From the NCBI GenBank assembly GCA_020053375.1, contig JAGVNG010000005.1, positions 1 to 50,841 of the forward strand: a DNA stretch of 50,841 bases. Direction: 5' to 3'. Of the stretch, positions 1 through 6,735 are shown piece after piece. Positions within the stretch are counted from its first letter, which is position 1. Every line of letters starts with the position of its first letter. The notes beneath the pieces were generated by a model, which ran no database searches, was not told the origin of the DNA, and worked only from the letters and a program-made list of their open reading frames with translations. The stretch comes from Nanobdellota archaeon. GTDB lineage: Archaea > Nanobdellota > Nanobdellia > Pacearchaeales > GW2011-AR1. The position numbers were made by a program, and so were the translations under genes.

Positions 1-1
1 A

Positions 2-76
2 ATGAGATATAATCATTTTAGAAAACATGCAAGTTTGGGAAACCAAACTCCCGCAGAGGTTTATTTTAGAGGGTAG
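2..76 (+). mobile_element. Last 24 codons of a DDE/rve-type transposase (integrase-core) gene, truncated by the window edge
   Basis: Frame 2 reads MRYNHFRKHASLGNQTPAEVYFRG-stop. The YNxxRxHxSLGxxTPxE pattern is the conserved C-terminal tail of rve-family (IS3/IS481-like) transposases. Confidence 0.5.
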
Positions 77-139
77 GACATATGTCACCTGCGTGTACAA
101 CTTTTCCTCTACAATAATACTTAAAAACCTCTGATTTAT

Positions 140-517
140 GTGTTTTTTATGGGAGATGCAAATAGCAGAGATTCAGGCGGACTACGGGCTTCTGAAGCAG
201 CAACACATGAAAGCTCTTTAGAAAGATTCACAATTCAGGCAGACAGAACTGCAAGGGGACTAAAGGATATAGAAGCAGCATACTGCATTGAACAGTTCAA
301 AGAACTGGCCAAGAAGTTTCGATTGACTAAGAAGGGAAGAGAAGAATTTTTGAATTTTGCAACGGAAATGTATCTTCTTGGAAACACTGACTTGCAATAT
401 TTCATGAAGGATGAAGTGGGAATAACAATTGATGCCGAAAAACACAAACCTAGATATGGGAGACTTAAGGCATTATACAACGAAATCAAGCCTAATCATA
501 AAATAATTTTTGAATGA
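140..517 (+). CDS. Hypothetical protein (125 aa; the likely true start is the ATG at 149)
   Basis: Open frame with ordinary amino-acid composition. I recognise no motif. Confidence 0.45.
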   Translation: MFFMGDANSRDSGGLRASEAATHESSLERFTIQADRTARGLKDIEAAYCIEQFKELAKKFRLTKKGREEFLNFATEMYLLGNTDLQYFMKDEVGITIDAEKHKPRYGRLKALYNEIKPNHKIIFE

Positions 518-529
518 TTCTTATAGAAA

Positions 530-880
530 ATGACAGAACTACAAGCAGCTTATGAAATGGAAAGACATATTGTTAGTCTTATAAGAGTTACTCATGATAC
601 TAACGAACCTGATTATGCCGGAAGATTAATTATAACTGCAGAACCTGGAAATTTGATACTTTCTCCTTACACTACCATTAATGCTAAAGAACCTAAAGAA
701 AAAGCAATAGAGAGAGTTGTGCGGGCTGAAAAGATGAATTTTTCAGCTCTTAGAGATAGTATTCACACCCTTCTTCTTTCTGATCCAAAAAGATTATTAA
801 TAGATATGTGCCTTAAAATACAAGATGAAGAATTAGGAACAAAATATCATATTGAGAGTCTAGCTTCTCCTTGGGACTAA
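530..880 (+). CDS. Hypothetical protein (116 aa)
   Basis: Open frame 13 nt after the previous gene on the same strand. No recognisable motif. Confidence 0.45.
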   Translation: MTELQAAYEMERHIVSLIRVTHDTNEPDYAGRLIITAEPGNLILSPYTTINAKEPKEKAIERVVRAEKMNFSALRDSIHTLLLSDPKRLLIDMCLKIQDEELGTKYHIESLASPWD

Positions 881-1024
881 GCTATTTGACTAACTTTCTA
901 ATTTTTCTCTCGTTTTATCAAATAAATCTTGATTTGGGAGGTGGTATGCTCGCCAAGAAATAAATAACATAGATATCTTTTTTAAGTCCAAAAGTCTTAA
1001 AAAGGGAGTGGGTGATTGATTAAT

Positions 1025-1267
1025 ATGGAACAAGAAACAATGCTTTTGAAGAATTTTGAAAGGGACAGTGCATGGTTTCACCATAATGTAAAATCCCTGA
1101 TATCAAAGGGATTTGGTGGAAAATTTGTAGCTATAAAAAGTTCTAGACCAATAGCCTCTAATAAAGATATTAATATAGTCATAAAAGAGTTAGAAAATAA
1201 AGGAGAAAACCCTTCATTTATATTCATTGAGTTTGTCCATCCTGAAGGATACACTTTAGTTCTATAA
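1025..1267 (+). CDS. DUF5678-like small protein (antitoxin-like partner of retropepsin-like proteases)
   Basis: MEQETMLLKNFERDSAWFHHNVKSLISKGFGGKFVAIKSSRPIA... matches the DUF5678 pattern (W-f..n.e.L...y.GkfVAi, then a short C-terminus). It sits directly upstream of an aspartic-protease-like ORF. Confidence 0.55.
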   Translation: MEQETMLLKNFERDSAWFHHNVKSLISKGFGGKFVAIKSSRPIASNKDINIVIKELENKGENPSFIFIEFVHPEGYTLVL

Positions 1268-1276
1268 ATCTGTAAA

Positions 1277-1712
1277 ATGGTAAAAATTCCTTTAGAAGTT
1301 TATGATTTTGCTAATGGATTAAGACCTATGGCTCACTTCTTATTGAGATCTGAAAAACCGCATATATTTGCTCCAATAAAAGCTATTGTTGACACGGGAA
1401 GTCCAAAGACTTTTGATAGGGCTCTCAGATATGAAAAGAATGAGAATTTCAAAAGTTCAGCTTAATGCAATAGAGGGTCCTTTAAACCCCATCAAGATAG
1501 GAGGGGGAAATGTTCAAACAAAAGTTCTCCAAGATGCAAATATAAAATTTGGGAATATTTTTGAAACGGAAATAAATGTTGATTTTCCTGTTAGTGGAGA
1601 TGAGCAAATAAACCAACCCAGTTTATTAGGAGTTGATTTTTTGTCGAAAACTAATGCTAAATTTTTCTTTAATCCCTCAAAAAGAGAGGCTTATTTTGAG
1701 ATAGGGGATTAA
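1277..1712 (+). pseudogene. Retropepsin-like (clan AA) aspartic protease, interrupted by a +1 frameshift in a T4 run
   Basis: ORF 1277..1465 carries the catalytic AIVDTGSPKT motif (GAC ACG GGA at 1391..1399). The family-typical continuation LIGLSDMKRMRISK...LLGVDFL... is in the +1 frame (ORF 1386..1712). Removing one T from the run at 1411..1414 joins both parts. Confidence 0.6.
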
Positions 1713-1733
1713 TTCCATAGTTATCTCTGAATA

Positions 1734-2072
1734 TCAAGAAACTATCTTATCTGGATTTCTTTTAATCGCGTCTTTATATTCCTTATAAGTCATCCAAAAA
1801 CATTCACTACATTTAAGACAATGAAATGTAACTTCATTAGAATTTTTGTCTAATAACCATTCAACTTCATTCGATTTGCATTCTGGGCATTTTAATTTTG
1901 TTTTTAACTCTACTAATTTTGTTGGTTTACCTATCTTTTTTGGATCAAGTTTTCCTGTTTTAAGGCCTTTGATAATTTTTTCAAATTTTTCATAAACCTT
2001 ATCCGGCATATCCTCAACTTTTTTTAATGCTTCTTCAGAAAATTCTACTTTCCATTTTTTCTTCATCTTCAT
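1734..2072 (-). CDS. Hypothetical protein with a C-terminal C4 zinc ribbon. The N-terminus resembles the start of RelE/ParE-type toxins.
   Basis: CPEC...CLKC cysteine pairs are present. The N-terminus KWKVEFSEEALKKVEDMPDKVYEKFEKIIKGL resembles the W-x-I-x-F-s..A.kdl.kl opening of RelE/ParE toxins. That resemblance is weak. Confidence 0.5.
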   Translation of the reverse strand: MKMKKKWKVEFSEEALKKVEDMPDKVYEKFEKIIKGLKTGKLDPKKIGKPTKLVELKTKLKCPECKSNEVEWLLDKNSNEVTFHCLKCSECFWMTYKEYKDAIKRNPDKIVS

Positions 2073-2088
2073 AACTTATTCAATTGAC

Positions 2089-2193
2089 TTATTTTAACTT
2101 TTCCCTCACTTTATCAAATAATTCTTGAGTTATAATAGAAGTATGTATTCCTTGGCTTTCTTCTTCTGCGAACTTTACCTTGTCCAAAATCAT
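2089..2193 (-). CDS. 34-aa ORF resembling the HEPIIS-x-ELFDKVQ segment of the serine-recombinase 'Recombinase' domain (mini-gene or gene remnant), copy B
   Basis: MILDKVKFAEEESQGIHTSIITQELFDKVREKLK. It has the same length as the ORF at 3319..3423 and aligns with it without gaps (19 of 34 identical). It lies 16 nt upstream of the 1734..2072 gene. Confidence 0.35.
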   Translation of the reverse strand: MILDKVKFAEEESQGIHTSIITQELFDKVREKLK

Positions 2194-2270
2194 TGAGCCT
2201 AGATATCTTAAAAACCACTTAACCGCAAAACTTATAAATATGTAAGTACATGTAAGAACATATAATTAAG

Positions 2271-2492
2271 GTGGGAATCAATCTTAAAATGACAAGTGAC
2301 AGGAAGCGCATGAGAAAAGTTAGAGAGAAGAGAATAGAGGCTATCAAGGACCAAATAGGGGAACATAAAGGCAAGATTGAGACAGAGAAAGGAAGAAAAG
2401 ACACAACAAAAGCATACTGGCAAAAAGAGATTGATGAGAAGTTTGTGAAGCAAAAGGAAGAAGATGAGGAATATCTTGAAGAGAATAAATAA
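2271..2492 (+). CDS. Hypothetical Lys/Glu-rich protein (73 aa; possible start at ATG 2289)
   Basis: The open frame ends 1 nt before the next gene's start. The sequence is charged and coiled-coil-like. Confidence 0.4.
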   Translation: MGINLKMTSDRKRMRKVREKRIEAIKDQIGEHKGKIETEKGRKDTTKAYWQKEIDEKFVKQKEEDEEYLEENK

Positions 2493-3293
2493 ATGACTGA
2501 AAATAAAGACAAAATGAACGCTGAAATAAAAAAAACAGTAAAGGCGGGTAATTCTTCTGCAGTCATACTCCCAAAGGCATGGCTAAACCAAGAAGTAAGA
2601 GTGGAACTTGTCAAAAAAACACCGGAAATAATACTTAATGATGTGCTTAGCATATCCAAGAAATATGTTCCATCTGAAAAAATAATAGGAGTTTATCTCA
2701 CTGGAAGCTATGCAAGAAAAGAACAAACTCCTGACAGCGATATAGATATGCTGATTATTTCAGATGACGTGAATAAGAGGGAAGTTCGGGAAGGAATTTA
2801 CAGCATTCTTATTGTATCTTGGGGCCTATTAAAATGGAAACTGGAAAATGACTTATTTCCTATTGGGCCAATGATAAAAGAAGCCCAGGCTCTTATCAAC
2901 GCGGATTATTTAAAGCACATGAAAGAAGTGGTGAAGGTTACCAGAAAAAATGTAAAATGGTATATTAACACAACTAAAGAAAAGCTGGAACTGGTAAAAG
3001 AAAGGTTGGAAAGCAAAGGGAAAAACATAGATAGCAGAACTGCCTACACTCTTGTTTTAAGAATAAGAACTCTTCAAATGATACAAAACCTGATAAAGAA
3101 TAAACTCTATTCCAAGAAAGATCTTATACAGCTTATAAAGAAGGTTTCAGGCTCAAATAATGCCTATGCAGCTTATCTTGCAATAAAGAACGAATCAGAA
3201 GAAGCAGACATAACAACAAAAGAAGAAGCGAAGAAGCTTTATGATTATTTGGAGAAACAGCTTAAAGATACAAAGAAACTTCTGAAATATTGA
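2493..3293 (+). CDS. AbrB/SpoVT-like DNA-binding domain fused to a minimal nucleotidyltransferase (MNT, Pol-beta superfamily)
   Basis: The N-terminus VKAGNSSAVILPKAWLNQEVRVELV is a looped-hinge-helix AbrB/MazE signature. It is followed by GVYLTGSYARKEQTPDSDIDMLII, the G-S-x(n)-D-x-D NTase motif. Confidence 0.7.
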   Translation: MTENKDKMNAEIKKTVKAGNSSAVILPKAWLNQEVRVELVKKTPEIILNDVLSISKKYVPSEKIIGVYLTGSYARKEQTPDSDIDMLIISDDVNKREVREGIYSILIVSWGLLKWKLENDLFPIGPMIKEAQALINADYLKHMKEVVKVTRKNVKWYINTTKEKLELVKERLESKGKNIDSRTAYTLVLRIRTLQMIQNLIKNKLYSKKDLIQLIKKVSGSNNAYAAYLAIKNESEEADITTKEEAKKLYDYLEKQLKDTKKLLKY

Positions 3294-3318
3294 TGTTTAC
3301 AACTCATCCAGCGGGCTC

Positions 3319-3423
3319 TTAACTTAATTTCTCTCTCACTTTATCAAATAAATCCTGGCTGATTAGCGCCGTGTGCCTTCCTGGCAGAACCTCACCGCCG
3401 AACTTTACACTACAGGACATCAT
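3319..3423 (-). CDS. 34-aa ORF resembling the HEPIIS-x-ELFDKVQ segment of serine recombinases, copy C
   Basis: MMSCSVKFGGEVLPGRHTALISQDLFDKVREKLS. Its ATG overlaps the stop of the upstream 70-aa ORF (AGATGATG). Its central part is visibly more GC-rich than the surroundings. Confidence 0.35.
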   Translation of the reverse strand: MMSCSVKFGGEVLPGRHTALISQDLFDKVREKLS

Positions 3424-3632
3424 CTGGAATCAAGAACCTCCAAACTGCCCCACAAAACATCAAGCTGAGCACCATTATCAAACTTAACCGCAACAAATCT
3501 ATCTTGAGAACCCCAAATGCTTAACTTTACATTGGGAATAGTATAACCTAAAGAGCCAACTTTACATTTATTATCATATTTAGTTAAATCTATTTTCAAT
3601 TTCACTCTTTTTGGTTCACCTGCTATTTGCAT
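3420..3632 (-). CDS. Hypothetical 70-aa protein downstream of the recombinase gene
   Basis: The open frame starts 4 nt after the recombinase stop on the same strand. The composition is beta-rich and no motif is recognised. Confidence 0.5.
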   Translation of the reverse strand: MQIAGEPKRVKLKIDLTKYDNKCKVGSLGYTIPNVKLSIWGSQDRFVAVKFDNGAQLDVLWGSLEVLDSR

Positions 3633-3636
3633 TTTA

Positions 3637-4461
3637 TCACAACCTATCTAATGGGCTTTTTACTTTCTTAATCTGATCCTGGCTGATGTGGGTGTAAATT
3701 CTTGTGGTTTCGAGGTTTTCGTGGCCGAGAAGCTGTTGAATAACCAAAAGATTTTCTCCGTTTTCCAAGAGATGAGTAGCAAAGCTGTGTCGCAAGGTGT
3801 GTGGAGTTACTATTTTATTGATATTAGCTTTCTTTGCTGCTGTCTTTACTAAGAGTTGAACATTTCTAGGGGTCATAGCTTCTTTTTCGGAGAAGACATA
3901 CTTTCCTGGATTGTTCTTTATCCATTTTTGAAGTTGTTTTGTTAAAACATCTGCTATCTTGAAAATTCTATCTTTACTGCCTTTACCCTTTCTCACCCAT
4001 CCAATGCTTTGAACAAAGTCTAAGTCCTTTGGGGCTAGGTTCGTAAGCTCAGAAACACGGAGTCCAGAGGAATATAACATTTTCAAAATTAACTTGCTCT
4101 TTACATGGTCTGTTACATCAATTAGAGATTTGACTTCTTCTGGAGAAAGTACGGAAGGAAGCTTTCTTTCTTTTTTTGGAACTTCTAACTTTACAAAAAT
4201 ATCCGGTCTATCAACAATTCTTTTGAAAAAGAATCTAAGGCTTGATATTGCAAGACTTCTTGATTTGTTGCTATATCGATCAATTAAACTTACAAGGAAA
4301 ATTTTAACTTCATCTAGACTCATACTTTCTGGATTGTTGATTGACACCAAAAAGGGCCTTAAGAAGAATAAGTAGGATTCAATGGTTCTTGGACTTGAAC
4401 CTCTGAGTTTTAACTCTGTGGTAATCTTTGCCGAGTATTTGTCAATAGCCTCTTTTTCCAT
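3637..4461 (-). CDS. Tyrosine site-specific recombinase, XerA/XerC/XerD-like
   Basis: The N-terminal SAM-like core-binding domain reads LRGSSPRTIESYLFFLRPF. The catalytic domain has LLYSSGLRVSEL (Arg I), HTLRHSFATHLL (H-x-x-R) and LGHENLETTRIYTH (His/Tyr nucleophile). At 274 aa it has no IntI-type insertion. Confidence 0.85.
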   Translation of the reverse strand: MEKEAIDKYSAKITTELKLRGSSPRTIESYLFFLRPFLVSINNPESMSLDEVKIFLVSLIDRYSNKSRSLAISSLRFFFKRIVDRPDIFVKLEVPKKERKLPSVLSPEEVKSLIDVTDHVKSKLILKMLYSSGLRVSELTNLAPKDLDFVQSIGWVRKGKGSKDRIFKIADVLTKQLQKWIKNNPGKYVFSEKEAMTPRNVQLLVKTAAKKANINKIVTPHTLRHSFATHLLENGENLLVIQQLLGHENLETTRIYTHISQDQIKKVKSPLDRL

Positions 4462-4616
4462 ACAACAATATAAAATTAGACGAAGTTTATATATTTTTTC
4501 GCCTAGTCTGTATTAGAGGAAGGATTAACAAGAGAAATGTGGTTTTCAAAGGAAAAGGTTCTCGTAGTCTATATTGTGCGAATGTTTTATGTGTAAATCT
4601 GATTTATTGAGAAAAA

Positions 4617-4629
4617 TGTGCACTAAGGT
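4617..4629. promoter_or_regulatory. Copy 1 of the 13-nt motif TGT(G/A)CACT(A/T)AGGT
   Basis: TGTGCACTAAGGT lies 12 nt past the stop of the 4641..4961 gene and about 156 nt upstream of the recombinase start (minus strand). Confidence 0.35.
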
Positions 4630-4640
4630 GAGGAAAGTGA

Positions 4641-4961
4641 TTAATCCATAATCCTTCGAAGAAATGCTGGTTTGTCTGAGTTCTTTAGAACATTGGGGTT
4701 TGCTCCTGTACCTGTTCCAGGATGAGCGAAGCCAACAACGGACATCTCCAAAGACATTGTTTTTATTAAGGGATGTGAGAGTGTTAATTCTGAACATTCG
4801 AGATTATATACATAATGACCTCTATCGTTTCTTTCCACATTTTCTTTATCACCAACCCATGTTAATGTAGCTCCCCCAGTTATTTCTATTATTTTAGAAC
4901 GATCTTCTTCGGATAATATCTTTTGTGATAATATAACATATTTGTGTCTGCCTGTCATCAA
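4641..4961 (-). CDS. Hypothetical protein (106 aa)
   Basis: This is the longest frame with ordinary composition in this interval. The overlapping ORFs 4546..4797 and 4664..4870 look spurious. Confidence 0.45.
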   Translation of the reverse strand: MMTGRHKYVILSQKILSEEDRSKIIEITGGATLTWVGDKENVERNDRGHYVYNLECSELTLSHPLIKTMSLEMSVVGFAHPGTGTGANPNVLKNSDKPAFLRRIMD

Positions 4962-5005
4962 TTTTGTTAATAATGCAGGTTTTTAAGATTATCGCTTCAG
5001 GATTC

Positions 5006-5018
5006 TGTACACTTAGGT
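5006..5018. promoter_or_regulatory. Copy 2 of the 13-nt motif TGT(G/A)CACT(A/T)AGGT
   Basis: TGTACACTTAGGT lies 45-57 nt upstream of the ATG at 4961 (minus strand) and 13 nt past the stop of the 5031..5312 gene. Confidence 0.35.
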
Positions 5019-5030
5019 CGACTTAGTTAT

Positions 5031-5312
5031 TTAGTATTCAGCAGAAGGCTCTTTCAGCAGATATATTACCAGCAGAACAAAAAGAAGACTGAAGAGGGTT
5101 GTGAATATTGATGTTGAGACGCTTAGTATTGAGGAATCTTTGATATTCATGAAAAATCTTACAAGCCTCTCAGAGACATCGAAGACAGTCTGACGCCAGG
5201 TGAATGCAATTGTGAATCCTGCACCAACGACAACAAGCGTTTTCATTTGCCTTCTGAAGTCTTTTCTGAAATTTCTGCCGTGTATTATAAAATCAACTAA
5301 TCCTCTTCCCAT
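5031..5312 (-). CDS. Small membrane protein (93 aa, two predicted TM helices)
   Basis: Hydrophobic stretches LVVVGAGFTIAFTW and IFTTLFSLLFVLLVIYLL are flanked by basic residues. Confidence 0.5.
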   Translation of the reverse strand: MGRGLVDFIIHGRNFRKDFRRQMKTLVVVGAGFTIAFTWRQTVFDVSERLVRFFMNIKDSSILSVSTSIFTTLFSLLFVLLVIYLLKEPSAEY

Positions 5313-5371
5313 CTGAGACAGAGGAAAAACTGCCTTAAAAATTTTCGCTAATTTTTAGTTATGGGCGAAAT

Positions 5372-5384
5372 TGTGCACTTAGGT
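5372..5384. promoter_or_regulatory. Copy 3 of the 13-nt motif TGT(G/A)CACT(A/T)AGGT
   Basis: TGTGCACTTAGGT lies 60-72 nt upstream of the ATG at 5312 (minus strand). Confidence 0.35.
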
Positions 5385-5424
5385 TACCTTCTTGCCTGTT
5401 GCAAGACAGGTAGTGAACGGAACA

Positions 5425-5487
5425 CAAAAAGAAAAAAAGAAAGAGGGCAAATTAAATATAAAAAAGAAAAAAAGAAAAAATTAAGAA
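5425..5487 (-). terminator. Oligo-T tract (archaeal-type terminator) after the 5488..5658 gene
   Basis: On the minus strand, several T5-T7 runs (TTTTTTCTTTTTTTCTTTTTT...) follow directly after the stop. The overlapping short dyads CTTGC-CTGTT-GCAAG and CCTGT-TGCAAG-ACAGG at about 5390..5410 come after them. Confidence 0.4.
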
Positions 5488-5658
5488 TTATTTCTTCTTC
5501 ATCATTCCGTAGTTTCTTGCTAGCTTAGTTACTCCTATTACAAACCAAGAAAGTGCCACTAACCACATAGATAAGTCTGCTCCAATATCTAATCCCAATA
5601 GTGGAAGCAAAAGTACTACCCCTACCAGAGTCACCAACCAAGCTGTTATTTTTGCCAT
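5488..5658 (-). CDS. Small two-TM membrane protein (56 aa from ATG 5658; the track ORF extends to a TTG at 5682)
   Basis: MAKITAWLVTLVGVVLLLPLLGL...WLVALSWFVIGV. A GGAGG motif lies about 13 nt upstream of the ATG at 5658. Confidence 0.45.
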   Translation of the reverse strand: MAKITAWLVTLVGVVLLLPLLGLDIGADLSMWLVALSWFVIGVTKLARNYGMMKKK

Positions 5659-5967
5659 ATTATATTTCAACCTCCTTTTCAATGATACTCAAATGATTAA
5701 TACATAAGGGGGAAGGTTATTATAAATCTTTCTTTTTTATATTTTCCGTCGATTTTGGCCTTTTTTCTGGTTAAAATTTAGATGAGGGGTGTTTAGGGAT
5801 GTTTAAACAGCCTGTTTATCCTTTTTTTTGAAGACAAACAGCCATTTGTGGGAGCCATTCCAACACATCTTTTTGAACCGGACTAATGAGGAGGAATGAG
5901 GAGGTTGGATGTTTTTTGACGACGCAAAACAAAAGATATTTAAATATACATTTGCAAATAATGGTAT

Positions 5968-6585
5968 ATGTTTTGGTTTTTTGGCAAGAAAAAAGAGATT
6001 GAAGTGCTCAAGGAAGACACTAAAAGAGGCTTTGAATCTGTAAAAAAAGACATCACTGCAGTCAGTGGTTGGATAAAACACCTAGATTCTGAGAGAAATT
6101 TGAATAAGAAGGAGATGGAGGAAATAAAAGAGAGTTTAGCGACGATAGAAAAAGAGGTTGAAGGATTAAAGAATGTACTTTCTATGATGAATGAACTAAA
6201 AATGCCAAGAGTGTTTAAAACAACCAAACAGGTGTTTAATAAACAGCAGGGTGTTTATGCTGTTCAAACAGGTGTGCAAACAGCTGTTCAAACACCAAAA
6301 TTAGACCAATTTTCAATAACTGAAAGAGCTATACTTTGGGTGTTATTAAATACAGATATGAAGCTCAGTTATGATGACCTTGCTTCAATGCTTGGAAAAG
6401 AGAGATCCACCATAAGAGGACAGATAAATCGAATAAGACAGAAAAGTGATACATTAATAGAAGAAATAACAGAGCAGAATGGCAAAAAGAGGGTGTTTAT
6501 ACCTGAAAATATTCGGGAAAACATACTCAAAAAGACAAAAGTGAGAATTAAAAAGAGTCTTGAAGACAAAGAAAAGCAGGTTTAA
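5968..6585 (+). CDS. Coiled-coil / repeat-linker / C-terminal winged-helix (HTH) DNA-binding protein
   Basis: The N-terminal part is heptad-like and charged. An AVQT-GVQT-AVQT repeat is encoded by three 12-nt units at 6259..6294. The C-terminal ITERAILWVLLNTDMKLSYDDLASMLGKERSTIRGQINRIRQK is an HTH. Confidence 0.6.
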   Translation: MFWFFGKKKEIEVLKEDTKRGFESVKKDITAVSGWIKHLDSERNLNKKEMEEIKESLATIEKEVEGLKNVLSMMNELKMPRVFKTTKQVFNKQQGVYAVQTGVQTAVQTPKLDQFSITERAILWVLLNTDMKLSYDDLASMLGKERSTIRGQINRIRQKSDTLIEEITEQNGKKRVFIPENIRENILKKTKVRIKKSLEDKEKQV

Positions 6586-6735
6586 AGACTAAATGGGTAG
6601 AGTTAGGTCCATAAAATAGAGTAAGTTAGGAAATTGAGGAATTGTAAGTGTCTCTAGGAAAGGCAAAAGAGAGAGTTAAATGGACGACCATTTAAGTTAT
6701 TCGGCTAGCGGATTAATTGTATTGTTATTACTTGT

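Noticed and set aside
2219-2659. A 146-aa minus-strand ORF overlapping 2271..2492 and the start of the AbrB-NTase gene.
   Set aside because: It is the low-complexity Ser/Phe/Leu-rich mirror image of Lys/Glu-rich sense coding. The sense strand has recognisable domains.
890-4461. An integron hypothesis: a recombinase plus cassettes separated by repeats.
   Set aside because: The recombinase is a short XerA/XerC-like protein without the IntI-specific insertion, and it is co-oriented with the repeats rather than divergent. I could not find attC-type imperfect palindromes with RYYYAAC/GTTRRRY ends. The repeats instead read as a protein-coding fragment.
5361-5425. A locally GC-richer stretch starting GGGCGAAATTGTGCAC..., which looked superficially like a tRNA.
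   Set aside because: It has no T-loop (GTTCRANYC), no D-loop consensus and no foldable 7-bp acceptor stem. It is better explained as the 13-nt motif plus short overlapping dyads downstream of a gene.
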